NCBI GenBank assembly: GCA_046313635.1
Contig: JBKBYA010000008.1
Location: 1-64,000, forward strand
DNA from: Pyrinomonadaceae bacterium
GTDB lineage: Bacteria; Acidobacteriota; Blastocatellia; Pyrinomonadales; Pyrinomonadaceae
DNA length: 64,000 nt
Direction of reading: 5' to 3'
Part shown: in pieces, positions 39,059 to 48,516 of the stretch
Layout: the number at the start of each line of letters is the position of its first letter
Position numbering within the stretch: the first letter of the stretch is position 1
Translations under genes and position numbers: made by a program
Notes under the pieces: generated by a model
What the model was told of the DNA's origin: nothing
Database searches by the model: none
What the model saw: only the letters and a program-made list of their open reading frames with translations

Positions 39059-40384
39059 CTACGGCTTCTTTTTGCCGCCGCCGGACGTCTTTTGCGGAGT
39101 TACGTTCTGCTCGGCCTTTAGCGACTCGATCAGGCTCTGCGCGTCGTCCTTGTACCGGTGCGTCGCCGGGGCCACGCTGACAAACTTCTGCAGGTAGTTT
39201 GCGCCCTCCTGCAGCGCTGCCTTGTCATTTGCGATGTAGCCCTTATTGACCAGGCTGAGCCCGACGCCGGCGAGTGCGTCGACGTTCTCGGGGTCGATCG
39301 CGAGCACTTCCTTGTAGCCCTCGATCGCCTTGTCAGAGTCGACGGTCACGCGATAGATGTCGGCAACGGCAAGCTTTGCCTCGGTCTTTTTGGCCGCATC
39401 GGTCTCGATCGCGACGTAGTCGTCCATTAGAGCCTTTGCGGTCGGGATCTTTTCCGGGTCGACCTGCTCTGTGCGGACCATATACTGCACGATGCTCTTC
39501 GCGGTGTTGATGATCCGCGTCTTGTTTGCGCTGAAGTTGCTGTCCTTCTGATCCTCGGCCGTCGCGTTCTTGATCAGGTTCCATGCCATCGCGAGAACGT
39601 CAATGGCGTCAGCGAGGTCCTTCTTCGCGCTATTAAAGCCTTCGATCTTTACGTTGGCGTCGGTGCCGGGCTTGATCGCGTTGTTATAGCTGAGGATCGC
39701 GCGCTCGCGGAGGACGATGGCCTTGTTTGCCGCAAAGACCGGGACGCTGCCGATGAACGCCGGGTCGGCATTGATGCCGTCCGTGTAGCGGGCCAACGCG
39801 GTCGCATAATCCTTTGCCTCATATGCCGCGTTACCGTCCTGCAGAGCTTTTTGGACAAGGGTATTCTTGTTCTCGATCTCGGCGTTCTTTGCCTTGATCT
39901 CGGCGATCTTCTTCTCTTGTTCGGCGATCTGCTTTTTTTGCTCCTCGGTCAGCTTTGGCTCTCCGCTGCCGGCAGCGGGTGCGCTGGCCAGGGCCGTACG
40001 CAGCTCCTGCTCGGTCCAGCGGCGACCGTCGCCCTCCTCGAGAGTGATGACCAGTTTATCTGTGCCGACCGCTCCCGGCTTGACGCCCGGCAGGTAGTTT
40101 GGGCTGGCTCCCGGAGCGCTGACGCTGAGGACAAAACTTCCGCCAAGCGGCAGGCCCGCAAAACTAAAATTCCCCTTCTTGTCGGTCTTGTCCGACGGGA
40201 ACGTCGCCTTGACGTCCATACGGTAGACCTCGACAAGCGCTCCGGCCACGGGCGTGATCGTGCCGTCGGCCTTCTTGAGCTGGACCTTGCCGCTGATCGG
40301 TGCATTCTGGGCTGAAACGGCCGCGGCAAATACGGCGGTCAGCGCGGACGATAAAATCAAATTAAAAATACGACTCTTGGTCAT
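39059..40384 (-). CDS. Secreted carboxypeptidase-regulatory-like domain + TPR protein
   Basis: Signal peptide, ISGKV...PVAGALV...TDKKGNFSF, coiled coil, TPR-like helices. Confidence 0.75.
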   Translation of the reverse strand: MTKSRIFNLILSSALTAVFAAAVSAQNAPISGKVQLKKADGTITPVAGALVEVYRMDVKATFPSDKTDKKGNFSFAGLPLGGSFVLSVSAPGASPNYLPGVKPGAVGTDKLVITLEEGDGRRWTEQELRTALASAPAAGSGEPKLTEEQKKQIAEQEKKIAEIKAKNAEIENKNTLVQKALQDGNAAYEAKDYATALARYTDGINADPAFIGSVPVFAANKAIVLRERAILSYNNAIKPGTDANVKIEGFNSAKKDLADAIDVLAMAWNLIKNATAEDQKDSNFSANKTRIINTAKSIVQYMVRTEQVDPEKIPTAKALMDDYVAIETDAAKKTEAKLAVADIYRVTVDSDKAIEGYKEVLAIDPENVDALAGVGLSLVNKGYIANDKAALQEGANYLQKFVSVAPATHRYKDDAQSLIESLKAEQNVTPQKTSGGGKKKP

Positions 40385-40607
40385 TACAATCCTCCGGTGA
40401 ACTTCTGAATGCGGTGAATTCGCGTTGCTGTGATGCTCTTTTTGTTAGTGAAGTTCGAAAATTTAAGGCTATCTTAACTCAACATATCGCAAAATGCGAT
40501 GGCACTCGAAACCCGCCGGCGACGCTACGGAGACGGCCGTTAAGCGGGCCCAGGGGCCTGTGATATCTTACTGTTTCCGCGCGGCCGAGCGGCCGTCGCG
40601 CGCACCT

Positions 40608-41690
40608 ATGACAGAGCGGATATTCAACTTCAGCGCCGGGCCGGCGGTGCTGCCCGTGCCCGTCCTCGAACGCGCACGCGACGAGATGCTCAGCCTGACT
40701 GGCAGCGGGATGAGCGTGATGGAGATGAGCCACCGGTCGGAGCGGTTTGGCGAGGTGCTGCACGGGGCCGAGAGCGGACTGCGGCGGCTGCTCGCGGTGC
40801 CGGCGAATTACTCGATCCTCTTTTTGCAGGGCGGGGCATCGCTGCAGTTCTCGATGGTGCCGATGAATCTGCTTGGCGGCGGCACGGCCGATTATGTCGT
40901 CACGGGAGCCTGGGGATCGAAAGCATTTAACGAAGCCGCTAAATTCGGCTCGCCGCGCCTCGCATACGACGGCCGCGAAAATGGGTTTACCGATATTCCG
41001 CGCCCGGAGCGTCTCGATCTCTCGCCAAATGCCAGATACGTGCACTACACGTCAAACGAGACGATCGACGGTGTGGAATTCAAATACGAGCTCGACGGCC
41101 ACGGTGTGCCGGTAGTCTGCGACGCGTCGTCAAACATCCTCTCAAAACCGATCGACGTCGAGCGATACGCGCTGATCTACGCCGGAGCGCAAAAGAATAT
41201 CGGCCCGAGCGGGGTCACCCTCGTGATCATTCGCGACGACCTCCTGCAGCTCTGCCCCGACGGTCTGCCGTCGCTGCTCGACTACCGCACCTTCGCCGAG
41301 CACGGCTCGATGCCGAATACGCCCAACACGTGGGGCATATACCTCATCAGCCTCGTCTGCGATTGGCTCGAGGACCTCGGCGGCGTGCCCGCGATCGAAA
41401 AGCGCAATCGCGAAAAGGCCGCGATCCTCTACGACGCGATCGACTCGAGCGACGGCTATTATCGCGGCCACGCGGCGCGAGAGGCGCGTTCGCTGATGAA
41501 TGTGACCTTCCGTCTGCGCGACGCGGCGCTCGAAGATAAGTTTTGCCGCGAAGCCGAAGCCTCCGGCCTCGACGGCCTGCGCGGTCACCGCTCGGTCGGC
41601 GGCGTGCGAGCGTCGATCTACAATGCGTTCCCGCTAGAGGGAGTGGAGAGATTGGTCGAGTTTATGCGTGAGTTTGCCGCGCGCAATTAG
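40608..41690 (+). CDS. serC: Phosphoserine aminotransferase
   Basis: NFSAGPAVLP, EMSHRS, YAGAQKNIGP, NTP, GHRSVGGVRASIYNA. Confidence 0.97.
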   Translation: MTERIFNFSAGPAVLPVPVLERARDEMLSLTGSGMSVMEMSHRSERFGEVLHGAESGLRRLLAVPANYSILFLQGGASLQFSMVPMNLLGGGTADYVVTGAWGSKAFNEAAKFGSPRLAYDGRENGFTDIPRPERLDLSPNARYVHYTSNETIDGVEFKYELDGHGVPVVCDASSNILSKPIDVERYALIYAGAQKNIGPSGVTLVIIRDDLLQLCPDGLPSLLDYRTFAEHGSMPNTPNTWGIYLISLVCDWLEDLGGVPAIEKRNREKAAILYDAIDSSDGYYRGHAAREARSLMNVTFRLRDAALEDKFCREAEASGLDGLRGHRSVGGVRASIYNAFPLEGVERLVEFMREFAARN

Positions 41691-41693
41691 GAG

Positions 41694-43100
41694 CTACAGC
41701 GCGGAGAGCGCGTCGCGGAGCAGCCCTTCGTCTTCGGCCGCTACGGTCCTCAGATCGATCAGCAGTCGATCGTCGGCAATGCGGGCGACGACCGGCGGCC
41801 GGCCGGCCCGGAGACTCGCTTCCATTTCCGCGGCAGTACGCTCGCTGTGCCGCAGCGCGATCAGCGTCGTAAACGGCTGCTCGAGCGGCGCCGAACCGCC
41901 GCCGACGGCAGAGAGTCCGTCGATCAATTCGGCCGTGAGCGATGGACCTGCGATCGCATCGACCAGCGCCTCTGCGCGCCGACGGATCTCGCCGCTGCCG
42001 GCCGCGAGCATCTTCAGTACCGGGACCTCTCCGGCAGCACGACCGCTCAGATGCGCGTCGAGCGTCGCCTCGAGCGCGGCATAGATCAGCTTATCCACCC
42101 GCAAAGCACGATACAGCGGATGGCGCCGGACGCGCTCGACGAGCTCACGGCGCCCGACGATCAGACCGGCCTGCGGGCCGCCGAGCAGTTTATCCCCGCT
42201 GAAGGTGACGATGTCGGCCCCGGCGGCGATCGACTCGGCGATAACGGGCTCGTCGGTGATCCCGAGCTCGCGCAGCTCCGCAGTTGCTCCCGATCCTGCA
42301 TCCTCGATCAGCAAAATGCCGCGTTCGTGCGCGAGCTCCGCGAGATCGGCGATCGCAGGCGCGGCGGTGAAGCCGACGATACGAAAGTTGGAGGGATGGA
42401 CGCGCAGCAGCACGGCCGTGTTTTCGCCGATCGCCCGTTCGTAATCCGCGAGCTTGGTCCTGTTGGTCGTCCCGACCTCACGCAGCGTCGCCCCGGAACG
42501 GGCAAGCACGTCCGGCACGCGAAAGTCGCCGCCGATCTCGACCAGCTCGCCGCGCGAGACGATCACCTCGCGTCCGGCCGCAAATGCGGAAAGCACCAGC
42601 AACGCGGCGGCCGCGCAATTGTTGACGACGACCGCGTCCTCGGCGCCGGTGAGCTCGCAGAGCATCTCGTCGACACGCTGACCGCGGCGGCCGCGGGCAC
42701 CGGTCGAGAGATCGTATTCGAGAGCGCAGTAGCCGGCCGCTTCGACGATCGCGTTTCGGGCCGCATTCGACAGCGGGGCACGGCCGAGGTTGGTGTGGAT
42801 CACGACGCCGGTCGCATTGATCACACGACCGAGACCGCGCCGAGACATTTGCCTCCACTTCTCGTTGAGACGCGCCTCGGCCTCGTCGAGCAGGGCCTCG
42901 CGCGCATTGCTACCGGCCCGCAGTTCGCCGTCTGCAAGGGCGGACCTCATCTCGTCAAGCACCGCTCTCGCGAGCGCCGTCAGGCGGTCGGCTCCCGCCG
43001 CGTCGCGGATCGACCCGGCCGCCGACGAACGGAGCAGACGATCGACCGACGGGAGAAGGCTAAGATCTCTTATCTCGGTTTTTTCCGGCCGCGACGTCAT
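41694..43100 (-). CDS. selA: L-seryl-tRNA(Sec) selenium transferase
   Basis: VINATGVVIHTNLGRA, VNNCAAA, SRGELVEIGG.FR.P, EVGTTNRT, FSGDKLLGGPQAG. Confidence 0.95.
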   Translation of the reverse strand: MTSRPEKTEIRDLSLLPSVDRLLRSSAAGSIRDAAGADRLTALARAVLDEMRSALADGELRAGSNAREALLDEAEARLNEKWRQMSRRGLGRVINATGVVIHTNLGRAPLSNAARNAIVEAAGYCALEYDLSTGARGRRGQRVDEMLCELTGAEDAVVVNNCAAAALLVLSAFAAGREVIVSRGELVEIGGDFRVPDVLARSGATLREVGTTNRTKLADYERAIGENTAVLLRVHPSNFRIVGFTAAPAIADLAELAHERGILLIEDAGSGATAELRELGITDEPVIAESIAAGADIVTFSGDKLLGGPQAGLIVGRRELVERVRRHPLYRALRVDKLIYAALEATLDAHLSGRAAGEVPVLKMLAAGSGEIRRRAEALVDAIAGPSLTAELIDGLSAVGGGSAPLEQPFTTLIALRHSERTAAEMEASLRAGRPPVVARIADDRLLIDLRTVAAEDEGLLRDALSAL

Positions 43101-43223
43101 GCCGATATTGTAGTTTGAAATCGGCTCAAAAGCGGAAGCCGCCCGCGATTCAGCGTTTTTGATTATTGACCGGCAATACCGGCCGCGTCGTCACCCGCCC
43201 TCGTCCAACGGTCGTAGAATGTC

Positions 43224-43538
43224 ATGTCAGCTCCGGTCAACCGTCTCTATCAGCAAAGATCGAAACAAGAAGAAGCTCTCGAGATAGAGCGTCAGCTCGG
43301 GCGCCTCGAGGACGACGTGCGCAGGCTTAAGATCGAATTCGACATCTTTTTCAACGGCGGGGCCAAGCGTCCGCCGCTCGAGGCGCGGGCACGTCTGGAG
43401 GCCCTCATCAAACGAATGTCGGACAACCGCACGCTGACGTTCTCGCAGCGGTATCTTTTTAACACTCTCGTCGCCAGATACGTCTCTTACCGCGAACTCT
43501 GGCGACGACAGCTCAAGGCCCGCGGCATCGACGTATAA
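43224..43538 (+). CDS. Hypothetical protein (resembles MXAN_5187 C-terminal domain)
   Basis: RRLKIEFDIFF.G..KRPP, FNTLVARY.SY..LW.R. Confidence 0.6.
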   Translation: MSAPVNRLYQQRSKQEEALEIERQLGRLEDDVRRLKIEFDIFFNGGAKRPPLEARARLEALIKRMSDNRTLTFSQRYLFNTLVARYVSYRELWRRQLKARGIDV

Positions 43539-43609
43539 GTACTGCCCATCGTCGATACGGGTGAGGCCGCGAGTCGGTTTGTTTTCAGACAAGCAGCTTG
43601 TTCTCGAAC

Positions 43610-43646
43610 AAAAAGGCGACCCGATATCGGGTCGCCTTCCTGTTTA
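43610..43646. terminator. Probable bidirectional terminator
   Basis: AAAAAGGCGACCCG-ATAT-CGGGTCGCCTT between convergent genes. Confidence 0.75.
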
Positions 43647-43694
43647 TTATCTGCTGCAGCGGAAAGGGGAGCTGCCGGCAGCGGTCAAAAGCCC

Positions 43695-43904
43695 TTACGC
43701 CACCGTGGCGACGTTTTCGGCCTGTGGTCCCTTGGGTCCGTTGATGACTTCAAACTCGACCTCCTGTCCCTGCAGCAGGGTCTTGTACCCGTCGCCGGCA
43801 ATGGCGCTGTAGTGCACAAAAATATCCTGCTCGCCGGGCTGCTCGATGAAGCCGTAGCCCTTCGCGTTATTGAACCATTTGACCTTACCGATCGTTTTAG
43901 ACAT
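43695..43904 (-). CDS. Cold-shock protein (CspA family)
   Basis: [34 protein letters not shown]. Confidence 0.96.
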   Translation of the reverse strand: MSKTIGKVKWFNNAKGYGFIEQPGEQDIFVHYSAIAGDGYKTLLQGQEVEFEVINGPKGPQAENVATVA

Positions 43905-44274
43905 CTCTTGTAAATCCTCCTGCGTACTTCTGACAAAAGTGAATTCTCTCTACCGCCGCTTGTTCTTTCTGTGAGTGTGAGACCTCGGTAAAAAGCAGGG
44001 AGCTGCGAGCGTCGTTAGCTAAAAGTGGCAATCGCCGACGCAGTCCAAAATCTATCTCTAACACGGCCATCTGCCAATTAGCTCAATCTTAAACCGCAAG
44101 ATTTTTGAATGGATTTTGTGTGTGTTGTGAATAGACGAACGTGAATTTAATCCAAACAAAGAAGGGTTGTCAAGAACCTTCCCCCGGCCCGCGCCCGCCG
44201 CCGCCGAGCGTGTTGACACGCGGTGCGCAAAGTCAGAACATTGGGCTGATCAACTCGGTTTCATTTGTCGCCCG

Positions 44275-45060
44275 ATGACCCAAGAATACGGAAAGGATAC
44301 ACCGCTCTCATACAACAAATATCTCAAGGTGCGCGAGCTGCTCGACCTGCAGCAGACGCTCTCTGACCCGACCAGCCACGACGAGCTGCTCTTTATCATC
44401 ATTCACCAGACCTACGAGCTGTGGTTCAAGCAGGTATTGCACGAGATCGACGCTACGATCAAATGGCTCGACGAGGGCCGGACGTTTCGTGCAAATCACA
44501 GCCTGCGCGCGGTGATCGGTATCGAAAAGGTCCTCGTCACGCAGATCCACATTCTCGAGTCGATGGCGCAGATCGGCTTTCTCGAGTTTCGAGACAAGCT
44601 CAACCCGGCGAGCGGATTTCAGTCGATGCAGTTTCGCGAGCTCGAATTTGTCTCCGGCATCAAGGACGAGCGAATACTCGAGACATTCAAGGACGACGAG
44701 TTTGCGTACGAGCGTCTCAGCCGCCGCTTTGCCGAAAAGAGCCTCGCCGACGCGTTCTGGAGCCTGCTCGGCCGCGGCGGATCTGCCGTCGACTCACACG
44801 ACGAGCGCGTCCAGGCGATCGTCGAAATTCTCACGCACCCCGAAACATATCCGGACCTTTTCAATATGCAGGACCTGCTCATCGAGCACGACGAGAACGT
44901 CTCGCTCTGGCGATATCATCACGTGCTGATGGTCGAGAGAATGCTCGGCAAAAAGCGCGGCACCGGCGGATCAGAAGGCGTGGGATATCTGATGACGACG
45001 GTCACCAAAAGATTCTTCCCCGAGCTGTGGGAGGCCCGCACGCATCTCAAGGCTCTCTAG
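44275..45060 (+). CDS. kynA: Tryptophan 2,3-dioxygenase
   Basis: HDELLFIIIHQTYELWFKQ, ASGFQS.QFR, WRYHH...VERMLG.K.GTGGS.G. Confidence 0.95.
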   Translation: MTQEYGKDTPLSYNKYLKVRELLDLQQTLSDPTSHDELLFIIIHQTYELWFKQVLHEIDATIKWLDEGRTFRANHSLRAVIGIEKVLVTQIHILESMAQIGFLEFRDKLNPASGFQSMQFRELEFVSGIKDERILETFKDDEFAYERLSRRFAEKSLADAFWSLLGRGGSAVDSHDERVQAIVEILTHPETYPDLFNMQDLLIEHDENVSLWRYHHVLMVERMLGKKRGTGGSEGVGYLMTTVTKRFFPELWEARTHLKAL

Positions 45061-46532
45061 CGGCTCTCGTTCCCCAGCCGATCAACCGCGGACACAAACA
45101 CACTCTCGATCTTTCGGTCCGCCGACAGTGCGATCGAGCGTTCGCTCGCCGGCAGCACCGTGTAACTCCAGCCGTCTTTGTCCTTGACGTAAATGACAAA
45201 CCAGAATGCGCGGCGAGCTCCGCGCTCGCTCCAACGTACGCGGACGAACTGCCGATCTCGGCTGATCGTCACTTTTGGCGGCGAGATCTTTTTGGTCTTA
45301 ATCCAGGAAAAGTTGGGAACGACCGCGTCGCGTCTGTAAACGCGATCGCGGAGTTCGCTCTGGATCCCGCCCATGTCGCTTCGCAGCGACTTGAAGCTGA
45401 AAAAGATCGCCCCGGTCGTCTCCGGCGAGCGTCTCGTCGTCTCGATCTGATCCGCGATCTCGCCGGCGGTGAATGTCTTTGTCGAGCCGATGCGATACGC
45501 CGCGATGCCCGGCCAGATGAATCTGCGTTTTGTGTTCTGCGACCGCCACCAAGCGAGCAGCACCGGAAAGCTCTGCCCTTCGCGGGCCGTCTCCCAATAG
45601 AGCTGCGGCGCCAGATAATCGACCGTGCCGTCCTGCAGCCACTTGCGCGCGTCGGCGTAGAGCTCGGCGAATGCGTTGAATCCCTTGATCCCTTTTTCAG
45701 GCTCGGGCTGCCAGATGCCGAAGGGCGAGATGCCGTAGACGACATCTGGCCTGATCCGCTTGATCTCGCGGCCCACGGCCTCGATAAATCGATTTACCTG
45801 ATCGCGTCGCCAGTCGCCGCGCGAGAGCTTGCCGTCGCGGTTTTGATACGTCAGCCAGTTTTGCTCGTCGGGAAATTCGATCTTGTTGCCCGCCGCGTCC
45901 TTCTCGGCATACGGATAAAAGTAATCGTCAAAGTGCACACCGTCGACATCGTATCGGCGAACGACGTCCTTGATCACCTCGAGCGAATGACGCTGCGCGG
46001 CCGCGTCGGTCGGGTCGAGCCATTTGTACCGGCCGTAGTCGCGGACGAACTCGGGATGAGTCTTTGAAATGTGATAGTCGGAGATCGTTTTCGCTGACGG
46101 ATGGAACGCGCGATACGGGTTGAACCAAGCGTGAACGAGAATGCCGCGGCGGTGCGCTTCGGTGACTAGAAACGCGAGCGGATCGAAGTCTTGCGCCTTG
46201 CCCATCTGGCCGGTCAAAAACTCGGACCAAGGCTCCAGCCTCGATCTGTAAACGGCGTCGGCCATCGGCCGCACCTGAAAGACGACGGCGTTAAGCCGCA
46301 GCTTTTGCGCGAGATCCAGACTTTCGAGCAGCTCTTGCTTTTGCTGGTCGGGCGACAGATTTCGCCGGCTTGGAAAGTCGATGTTGTCGACCGTCGCGAT
46401 CCACGCCGCTCTGAACTCGCGTTCGACCTTTGGCCGCGGCGGCGCGCTTTTGTCCGGGCTTTGCGGCTGCGCGTGCAGAACCGCTGCGCTTAGCAGCAGG
46501 AGAAGCAGAAGCTGAAGCAGCACGCTTTGCAT
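45057..46532 (-). CDS. Glycoside hydrolase family 10-like (YddW/DigH, DUF187)
   Basis: Signal peptide at ATG 46532; EFRAAWIATV.NIDFP, FQVRP, HAWFNPYR, DGVHFDDYFYPY, DYLAPQLYW. Confidence 0.92.
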   Translation of the reverse strand: MQSVLLQLLLLLLLSAAVLHAQPQSPDKSAPPRPKVEREFRAAWIATVDNIDFPSRRNLSPDQQKQELLESLDLAQKLRLNAVVFQVRPMADAVYRSRLEPWSEFLTGQMGKAQDFDPLAFLVTEAHRRGILVHAWFNPYRAFHPSAKTISDYHISKTHPEFVRDYGRYKWLDPTDAAAQRHSLEVIKDVVRRYDVDGVHFDDYFYPYAEKDAAGNKIEFPDEQNWLTYQNRDGKLSRGDWRRDQVNRFIEAVGREIKRIRPDVVYGISPFGIWQPEPEKGIKGFNAFAELYADARKWLQDGTVDYLAPQLYWETAREGQSFPVLLAWWRSQNTKRRFIWPGIAAYRIGSTKTFTAGEIADQIETTRRSPETTGAIFFSFKSLRSDMGGIQSELRDRVYRRDAVVPNFSWIKTKKISPPKVTISRDRQFVRVRWSERGARRAFWFVIYVKDKDGWSYTVLPASERSIALSADRKIESVFVSAVDRLGNESR

Positions 46533-47163
46533 TTTTAGCTGCTCTCGTTTTTGCAGGAGCCGAAATATTTTTGACCGGTGCACTCTTTTTCTTTGCGGTT
46601 CCGGCAGACCTTTTCCCGGCGGCTTTTGCAGGAGCAGAACTGTTTCGTCCAGTTTCGCCTTTTCCGTTTGCAGAGACGACGACGATCGGAGCGTCCTCGA
46701 CCTTGGTCCGCGCGGAGCGGCGGCCTGAGATCGGACGATCGATGACGAGTTTGACCGGGGCGAAGATCTTAACATCAGGCTTTGCGGGTCTCAGCTTAGA
46801 CTTGTCGGCATCGGCCGGGCAAGCGAACGACCGATTGTGCTTGAGGTCTTCGATCGCGGCGATCCGGCGAGCTTCGTTCTCCTCGCGCATCACGCAGACG
46901 ACATTCGATTCGTTCTGCTTGATGCACTTGCTTCGCTTATGGCGTTTGACCTCCGCTCGAAGCGACTCGGTCTCGCCGATGCAGCTCACGAAATGATGTC
47001 CGCCGCCGAATTTGTCTGTCTGCCTGCGCGAAAAAATGAATACGGCCGGACCGTCGTCGATATCGCCGGAGATCGGAAAAACTTCGAAGCTGTACTGCGA
47101 TTTCCGTCCGCGAAAAACAGCCTGCGATATCCTCTTTGACTTCTTATTTCGTGGGTGCTTCAT
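46291..47163 (-). CDS. Hypothetical protein: small globular N-domain (GIY-YIG-like?) with long Ala/Lys-rich tail
   Basis: AVFIF...IGET.SL...KRH pattern; basic low-complexity C-terminus overlapping the next gene by 242 nt. Confidence 0.55.
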   Translation of the reverse strand: MKHPRNKKSKRISQAVFRGRKSQYSFEVFPISGDIDDGPAVFIFSRRQTDKFGGGHHFVSCIGETESLRAEVKRHKRSKCIKQNESNVVCVMREENEARRIAAIEDLKHNRSFACPADADKSKLRPAKPDVKIFAPVKLVIDRPISGRRSARTKVEDAPIVVVSANGKGETGRNSSAPAKAAGKRSAGTAKKKSAPVKNISAPAKTRAAKNAKRAASASASPAAKRSGSARAAAKPGQKRAAAAKGRTRVQSGVDRDGRQHRLSKPAKSVARPAKARAARKSGSRAKAAA

Positions 47164-47219
47164 ATGAGATAGTGTATCATATATGAAACACCCGCCCAAC
47201 CGCAAAAAGCCCGTGTTTG

Positions 47220-48419
47220 CTAGACGAAACGCGAAAACACGTCGTTCGAAACAAGCATTCCGCGACGCGTCAGACGCAGCTTCCGCTCGTCGAATTCGAT
47301 CAGCCCGGCGTCGGCAAGTTCGTCGATCGCGTCGCCGAATCTCCCGGCGATATCGCTGCCAAACCGGTCGCCGAATCTCACTCGATCGATGCCCTCGTTC
47401 ATTCTCAGACCAAGAAAAACGAACTCCGATTCCGCATCGATCGCCTCGCGCGTCGTTTCGGCCGAGCCAAGTTTTTCGATCAGCCGAACGTAGGCGGCCG
47501 TGTCGCGCTCATTCGCATAGCGCTCGACGCCGTCGAACGAATGCGCCGACACGCCAAAGCCGAATACCGGGTCGAGCAGCCAATACTTGGAATTGTGCCG
47601 CGACTCGCGGCCCGGCTTTGCAAAGTTTGAGATCTCGTACTGTCGGAAGCCCGCCGATCCGACCGTGTCGATCATCAGCTCGTACATCTCGGCGGCGAGG
47701 TCTTCGTCCGGAGCGGGCTGGCGGCCGCTGCGGACCTGCTCCGCGAGCGGTGTGCCCTCGTGGATCTCGAGCAGATAGAGCGAGAGATGTTCGGGATCGA
47801 GGGCGAGAGCCTCGTCTAGGTTTCGCCGCCAGTCGTCGAGCGTCTGCCGCGGCAGACCGGCGATCAGGTCGAAACTGACGTTGTCGAATCCGGCGTCGCG
47901 CAGCATTCGAAAAGTCTCTCTCGCGTCCCGCGCGTCGTGCCCGCGGGCGAGCCGCTTGAGCTCGGTATCGTCAAACGTCTGCACGCCGAAGCTCGCGCGG
48001 TTGATGCCGAGCCGCCGGTACGCTTGAAGCGACTCGGGCGTGACGGTCGCCGGATTCATCTCCATCGTGATCTCGGCGTTGGGGGAAACAGCGAAGTAAT
48101 CGCGAACAACGTTGAGGATTTTCTCCACCTGGTCGGGCATGAGCAGCGAAGGCGTCCCGCCGCCGAAGTAGATCGTGTCAATGGATTTTGGATTTTGGAT
48201 TTTGGATTTCGGATTTAATTCCGCGTTCCGCACTCCGCATTCCGCATTGGGGGCACGCTCCCTAACGGTCGCGTTTCTGCCCGTAGTTTCGATCTCTTTG
48301 CAGAGAGCGGCGACGTATCGCTCGACCGTCGAGGCGTCGCGATAGACGTCGGTCGCAAAGTCGCAGTACGAACAGCGCGATCTGCAGAACGGGATGTGAA
48401 GATAAACTCCGGCGGACAT
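47220..48419 (-). CDS. hemW: Radical SAM heme chaperone HemW (HemN-like)
   Basis: YLHIPFCRSRCSYCDF, YFGGGTPS, YEISNFA, HNSKYW. Confidence 0.93.
   Translation of the reverse strand: MSAGVYLHIPFCRSRCSYCDFATDVYRDASTVERYVAALCKEIETTGRNATVRERAPNAECGVRNAELNPKSKIQNPKSIDTIYFGGGTPSLLMPDQVEKILNVVRDYFAVSPNAEITMEMNPATVTPESLQAYRRLGINRASFGVQTFDDTELKRLARGHDARDARETFRMLRDAGFDNVSFDLIAGLPRQTLDDWRRNLDEALALDPEHLSLYLLEIHEGTPLAEQVRSGRQPAPDEDLAAEMYELMIDTVGSAGFRQYEISNFAKPGRESRHNSKYWLLDPVFGFGVSAHSFDGVERYANERDTAAYVRLIEKLGSAETTREAIDAESEFVFLGLRMNEGIDRVRFGDRFGSDIAGRFGDAIDELADAGLIEFDERKLRLTRRGMLVSNDVFSRFV
48183..48282. repeat. Composite in-frame repeat insert in hemW (30-bp REP-like unit + two 7-mer arrays)
   Basis: Encodes GRNATVRERAP-NAECGVRNAE-LNPKSKIQNPKS. 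Confidence 0.88.
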
Positions 48420-48442
48420 TGGCTTGACGTCAGCCATTCGGA

Positions 48443-48477
48443 ATAACTGATAACTGACAACTTAAAACTTATAACTG
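48443..48477. repeat. 7-mer array
   Basis: ATAACTG ATAACTG ACAACTT AAAACTT ATAACTG. Confidence 0.65.
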
Positions 48478-48516
48478 AAGACCATAAACCGCGTCATCAA
48501 GGCTATCAACTGTCGG

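Noticed and set aside
41847..43118. Long antisense or alternative-frame ORFs (for example 41847..43118, 3572..5017, 44421..46067, 23330..24433, 33894..34931)
   Set aside because: They lie over well-supported genes, have no recognisable motifs, and are expected in high-GC DNA.
48462..48516. ORF 48462..48791 and other small ORFs spanning repeat tracts (13553..13963, 15716..15937)
   Set aside because: They are products of 7-mer arrays and overlap with real genes; low-complexity translations with no independent support.
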